This document shows positions 25,958-30,253 of a DNA stretch of 30,253 nt, piece by piece. The stretch spans positions 1-30,253 of IMG/VR virus record IMGVR_UViG_3300043451_000090; one strand, 5' to 3'. Origin of the DNA: a virus. Its lineage: Duplodnaviria > Caudoviricetes. The first letter of the stretch is position 1; each line of letters begins with the position of its first letter. A program made the translations under genes and the position numbers. Below the pieces are notes generated by a model, which did not search any database, had not been told where the DNA came from, and saw only the letters and a program-made list of their open reading frames with translations.

Positions 25958-27968
25958 AAACAAATCAATCGTTGAAAGGTTTAGCGCTACGCAAGTAGAG
26001 TTAGCCAAGTACGTTAAAATCGAGCCTATCGAATTTGAGGATAGAAAGGGATGGGTAGCTTATGGTGAGGGGAATCACTTTCCGCAATATCTAATTGAAC
26101 TATATAACACCTCACCTGTTCACGGTGCGTTAGTTAACTCAATCAGTTTTATGATTGCAGGTAAGGAATTTACCGCGCCATCACAAGTTACATTGCGCGA
26201 GATTCAACGATTGAAATTAGATAAGGTCTTGCATTCAACTGCGTTAGATTTAAAGTTACACGGAGGCTTTTATTGGGAAGTAATTTGGTCAATGGACAGA
26301 AGCACCATTGCGCAAATAAACCATTTACCATACGAGAACTGCCGATTGGCTTGTAGTGATGACAATGACGATGTTACTGGTGTTTGGTATAGTAGAGATT
26401 GGAGTGATACTCGTAAAAAGAAAAACAATCCTCATTACATTCCATTCTTTGACGTAAATACCAAAGAGGAAAACCCGAAACAAGTGATGTTCCAACATTC
26501 GATGATGGTAGGAAGTGAGTATTATCCCAAGCCAGATTACATCGGTGCGATAAATGAGATTGAGAAATTAAGACAGTTAAGCGAATATCAAGTTAACTTG
26601 ATTCTAAATGGTTTCTTCCCGTCACTTATTGCATCATTTAACAACGGAATCCCGACACTTGAAGAGCAACGAATGATTAAACAACAACTGCAAATGAGCA
26701 TACAAGGTGCTGAAAATGCAGGAAAGGTTTTGACATTCTTTAATGAGGAACGTGATAGAGGTGTTGAGTTCACCGCTTTCCCTGTTGCAGATATGGATAA
26801 GCAATTTGAATCGCTTGTAACCCCTGCTATTGAACAGATTTTAGTAAGTCATCGCGTTACTTCACCGCTTCTTTTTGGTGTACGTGATGGTGGTGGATTG
26901 GGTTCTAATACTGACGAGATGAAAACTGCATTTCGTTTGTTTTCAAAGCAAGTAATTGATCCATTCCAACGTATTATCTGCGATGGAGTAGATATGTTGT
27001 TACGCGCTATCGGAGTTCCTCAAGGAACTGAAATAGTTGAGAATGATTTGTTCGAAGAAGATGTTGTAGTAAATGGCAACGTAGCACCAACGCAAGATAT
27101 TGCAAGTCAGGCATTGAATGGTGCGCAGATTTCTTCTTTGCTTGAAATCATTACTCAAACGACTGCAAATGTGTTGACTTCAACAAGTGCTAAAGCAATT
27201 ACAAAGGCTGCATTCCCAATGCTATCTGATGTTGAAATCAATAACATTTTTGATAATTTAAGTAGTGTTAACTTACAACCTGCTGATGTGTTGCAATCAT
27301 CTGAAAAAAAAAAAGTTGAGTCCGAACACCAAAGCATTTCTAAAGTATGCTGTTCATCAAGCGATGATTTCACGGATGAAGAAGGAAAGCAATTCCTATG
27401 GCATCTTGCTGAATGCGGTGAGTTGATTGATTTGGATGAATGGGAATTAGTAGAGGAATGTGAGGTTGACAATTATGACAACGAAGAAAACTTCACCAAA
27501 GTAAATCAAGCACTTGAATCATACGCTGACCCAGACCAAAAAAGCAAACTTGATGCAGGATTGTATAAGGTTCGTTATAGATATTCAACTTGGATAAGTG
27601 AAAACTCGCGTGAGTTTTGTCGTGAAATGGTACGACTTTCAAAGGGTGGAATTGTTTGGAGATACGAGGATATTCAAGAAATGAGTGCTGCAGGTGTTAA
27701 CGGACAATTTGCAGAGCGAGGGAAGAGTAGTTATAATTTGTTCCGCTATGTTGGGGGGGTTAATTGCCATCATTTTTGGATGCGTGCAATTTATAAGAGA
27801 AAGAGACAAGGTGGTAAATTCCTTCCAAACGAAGGGATGGAAAACGAGGTAAAGATTGCAGTTAGAAAAGCGGAAGCGGAAGGATTTTCTCCAATGGATA
27901 GAACCGTTGGTTACGATGATGCAAAAACACCAATGATTAAACGACCAAACGGAGGAAGATTAAACTAA
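25950..27968 (+). CDS. Portal protein with a C-terminal MuF/minor-head-like extension
   Basis: Portal-like YGEGNHFPQYL, SPVHGA, YYPKPDY, GAENAGK and HRVTSPLLFG. C-terminal SREFC...GGVNCHHFW. Confidence 0.8.
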   Translation: MDKNKSIVERFSATQVELAKYVKIEPIEFEDRKGWVAYGEGNHFPQYLIELYNTSPVHGALVNSISFMIAGKEFTAPSQVTLREIQRLKLDKVLHSTALDLKLHGGFYWEVIWSMDRSTIAQINHLPYENCRLACSDDNDDVTGVWYSRDWSDTRKKKNNPHYIPFFDVNTKEENPKQVMFQHSMMVGSEYYPKPDYIGAINEIEKLRQLSEYQVNLILNGFFPSLIASFNNGIPTLEEQRMIKQQLQMSIQGAENAGKVLTFFNEERDRGVEFTAFPVADMDKQFESLVTPAIEQILVSHRVTSPLLFGVRDGGGLGSNTDEMKTAFRLFSKQVIDPFQRIICDGVDMLLRAIGVPQGTEIVENDLFEEDVVVNGNVAPTQDIASQALNGAQISSLLEIITQTTANVLTSTSAKAITKAAFPMLSDVEINNIFDNLSSVNLQPADVLQSSEKKKVESEHQSISKVCCSSSDDFTDEEGKQFLWHLAECGELIDLDEWELVEECEVDNYDNEENFTKVNQALESYADPDQKSKLDAGLYKVRYRYSTWISENSREFCREMVRLSKGGIVWRYEDIQEMSAAGVNGQFAERGKSSYNLFRYVGGVNCHHFWMRAIYKRKRQGGKFLPNEGMENEVKIAVRKAEAEGFSPMDRTVGYDDAKTPMIKRPNGGRLN

Positions 27969-27982
27969 AAAAATTGTAAAAT

Positions 27983-28558
27983 ATGGCAATCCCACAAGAA
28001 ATACTTTTGATAAATGAGGAGTTATTAAAGAAATACACTCCACTTACCGATGCAGTTGATCCAAACATTATTCGTCCATGTATTTACGTGGCGCAAGATA
28101 TGTACCTACAAAACTTTTTAGGTACTAACTTGACTAACAAAATCAAAGATGATGTAGCGAATGGTACACTTGTTGACCAATACGATACATTGTTAAATGA
28201 GTACGTTATTAAGTTGCTTATTTGGTGGACAATGGTAGAACTTTACCCATCATTGTTGTATAAACACGACAACGGAAACTTGGTAAGTAGACAAAGTGAA
28301 GACACTACACCTGTAACAAAGGGAGAGATGGAATCGTTGAAAGAAAAAGCGAGAGAAAACGCACGTTTTTACACCAAAAGAATGGTAGATTATTTGCGTT
28401 TTAATACAAACTTGTTTCCCGAATACACCAACAATACGGACAATAACATATTCCCCGATATGAACCCGTATGGTAAGAGTAACTTTTTAGTAAGTGATAG
28501 TTATAAAACACAACGACACAAATGGTCAATTCAAAACTTCCTACCACCTACGTACTAA
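27983..28558 (+). CDS. Putative head-tail adaptor
   Basis: AQDMYLQNFLGT...FPEY pattern, directly after the portal gene. Confidence 0.6.
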   Translation: MAIPQEILLINEELLKKYTPLTDAVDPNIIRPCIYVAQDMYLQNFLGTNLTNKIKDDVANGTLVDQYDTLLNEYVIKLLIWWTMVELYPSLLYKHDNGNLVSRQSEDTTPVTKGEMESLKEKARENARFYTKRMVDYLRFNTNLFPEYTNNTDNNIFPDMNPYGKSNFLVSDSYKTQRHKWSIQNFLPPTY

Positions 28559-28629
28559 AACGTGAACAGTACGAGAAAATGCTGAAAATTTATCTTAAAA
28601 AACAACAAGCTAAAGTAAAAAAAAGTTGA
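28522..28629 (+). CDS. Small basic peptide (35 aa)
   Basis: MVNSKLPTTYVLKREQYEKMLKIYLKKQQAKVKKS. Its TGA overlaps the holin TTG start. Confidence 0.4.
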   Translation: MVNSKLPTTYVLKREQYEKMLKIYLKKQQAKVKKS

Positions 28630-29051
28630 AAGAGTTAGTTTTTTTAAAAGGTAAGATTTGGTTTTTGGCAGGTCTTGCGGTATTCCTACCAATCAAAGAG
28701 TTGATGTTGACCATTGGCTTTTTGGTTGGTGCGGATATGGTTGTTGGCATATGGAAGGCTTTAAAACTAAAGCAACGAATTAGGTCAAGACGAATGTCCG
28801 ATACCATAACCAAATTGTTGTTGTATCAAATTGCAATAATGAGCGGATTTCTTATTGAAACTTTTATCATTAGTGAACTTATACCAATCACGAAATTGGT
28901 TGCAACCGTTATAGCGGTAATCGAATTTAAGTCAATCATTGAATCGATTGAATCGGTTACTGGCAAAGACCTTTGGAGTAAATTGAAAACGATTATAGGT
29001 AGAAAAAGCGAAGATATAACTGATGCTATGACTGATGGAAAAGATAAGTAA
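28626..29051 (+). CDS. Holin (phage holin 4-like)
   Basis: Several TM segments, D...GIWKA...I.S..M and EFKSIIES..., directly upstream of the endolysin. Confidence 0.8.
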   Translation: MKELVFLKGKIWFLAGLAVFLPIKELMLTIGFLVGADMVVGIWKALKLKQRIRSRRMSDTITKLLLYQIAIMSGFLIETFIISELIPITKLVATVIAVIEFKSIIESIESVTGKDLWSKLKTIIGRKSEDITDAMTDGKDK

Positions 29052-29496
29052 ATATGTGACCTATGCAGAAGTCACAAAAAGCAATCAAGCAACTGCATTA
29101 AAGTTGGCAAATATACCAAACGCGGAACAATTAAATAACTTACGTTTGGTATGTACTAAAATCTTTGATCCACTACGCGAACACTTTGGAATTCCTATCG
29201 GGATAAGTAGTGGGTTTAGGTCGGTGGAATTAAATGCCAAAATTGGAGGCTCTAAATCATCACAGCATTGCGAAGGAAAAGCATTGGATATTGATGGAGA
29301 TATTTTCGGTGGCATAAGTAACAAAAAGATTTTTGATTATATAAGAAAAAGTTGTACTTTCGACCAACTCATTTGGGAGTTTGGAAGTGAGAATCATCCC
29401 GATTGGGTTCACGTAAGTTACAACGAGGGAAAGAACAGAGGTCAAGTTTTACGTGCGGTTAAAATTGGCGGAAAAACTGTTTACCAACCCTTCTAA
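29035..29496 (+). CDS. Endolysin, peptidase M15A family
   Basis: SGFRS..LN..IGG...SQHCEGKALD and WVHVS zinc-binding motifs. Confidence 0.9.
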   Translation: MEKISKYVTYAEVTKSNQATALKLANIPNAEQLNNLRLVCTKIFDPLREHFGIPIGISSGFRSVELNAKIGGSKSSQHCEGKALDIDGDIFGGISNKKIFDYIRKSCTFDQLIWEFGSENHPDWVHVSYNEGKNRGQVLRAVKIGGKTVYQPF

Positions 29497-29499
29497 AAT

Positions 29500-30253
29500 A
29501 TGGCTCAAGAATCACCAAAAACAAAGTTAGCGCGTGAAGTTCGCGCCAAGTTTCCAAACACACCAACGTTGACACTTGCAAAGAAGTTAAGCAAGGAACA
29601 CTTTGAAACTTTTTTAGGTGTTGAAGATGCGCGAATGGCATTGAGAAGGATTGAAGGAAAGAATGGTAGAACTCCAAAGGATAAATCTTTGGTAGTGGAA
29701 AAAGAAAGACCACGTAACCCATTTAAACTACCCATGTCATACGCGAAAGGTCGAAAGCATATTGATGTAAAAGGCAAAAAGATTCTTATCCTATCCGATG
29801 TTCACATTCCTTACCACGACATTGACGCGTTATCAGTTGCTATTGAAACAGGCTTACAGGAAGGAGTTGACACGGTTATCCTAAATGGTGATGCTCTTGA
29901 CTGCCATATGATTAGTGACTTTGTTAAAGATCCAAAGAAACGCAAATTCAAGGATGAATTGTACGCAATGCGTACCTTTGTTTATGAACTTCGCCAAACG
30001 TTTCCAAACGCAGAGATAATCTACAAAGAAGGCAACCACGAAGAACGCTACTGGCGTTATATGCGCGTTAAAGCACCGGAACTATTCGATATTGACGCAT
30101 TTGATTTCGCTTCGCTTTGTCACTTGGATAAGTACGATATTAAGTGGATTGAGGGAAAGAACAAGATTAACATTGGTGGGTTGTCACTATTTCACGGACA
30201 CGAGTTCGGTAAGCAATTCTTACCAAGTGTAAACGTAGCACGTGGGTTGTTTT
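29500..30253 (+). CDS. Calcineurin-like metallophosphoesterase, 5' part; continues through the join to 360 (~328 aa)
   Basis: ATG at 29500 (MAQESPKTKLAREV...). Motifs SDVH (DxH), NGDALD (GDxxD) and EGNHE, in frame with position 1. Confidence 0.88.
   Translation, partial: MAQESPKTKLAREVRAKFPNTPTLTLAKKLSKEHFETFLGVEDARMALRRIEGKNGRTPKDKSLVVEKERPRNPFKLPMSYAKGRKHIDVKGKKILILSDVHIPYHDIDALSVAIETGLQEGVDTVILNGDALDCHMISDFVKDPKKRKFKDELYAMRTFVYELRQTFPNAEIIYKEGNHEERYWRYMRVKAPELFDIDAFDFASLCHLDKYDIKWIEGKNKINIGGLSLFHGHEFGKQFLPSVNVARGLF
30127..30253. repeat. Terminal direct repeat, right copy
   Basis: GATAAGTACG...GGGTTGTTTT is identical to 1-127. Confidence 0.95.

Noticed and set aside
30127-30253. Biological terminal repeat or att site
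   Set aside because: The length equals a common assembler k-mer and it falls mid-gene, so it is best explained as assembly overlap.
1-30253. Stop-codon reassignment
   Set aside because: Long genes are intact and densely packed under the standard bacterial code, and all three stop codons end genes.

Overview
This window appears to be a complete ~30.1 kb tailed (Caudoviricetes) phage genome. The first 127 bp are repeated exactly at the end (30127-30253), consistent with a circular assembly overlap, which gives a 30,126 bp unit. The host is probably a Bacteroidota (Flavobacterium-like) bacterium, because canonical TTTG-N19-21-TAnnTTTG promoters are present. Two divergent blocks meet at ~8660-8810. 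The minus-strand early/replication block (919-8656) encodes SSB-like, HTH, DnaA domain IV-like and initiator-like proteins, the terminase large subunit, two tRNA-like RNAs and an integron-cassette-like insert. The plus-strand block (8814 wrapping to 869) encodes VRR-NUC, an ECF-like sigma factor, an N4/N6 methyltransferase, TerS, tail genes, prohead protease, scaffold, capsid, tail tube, portal, holin, an M15 endolysin, a metallophosphoesterase and a spanin-like pair. No integrase, polymerase, helicase or primase was recognised. Signals the ORF track misses include two tRNA-scaffold RNAs with non-canonical anticodon arms behind their own promoter box, an attC-like hairpin and cassette, a start-less -1 frameshift ORF, an internally deleted methyltransferase relic, three 21-bp-phased repeats beside an AT-rich tract, and DnaA boxes before the scaffold gene. 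All protein calls come from motif recognition by eye; no database search was run.
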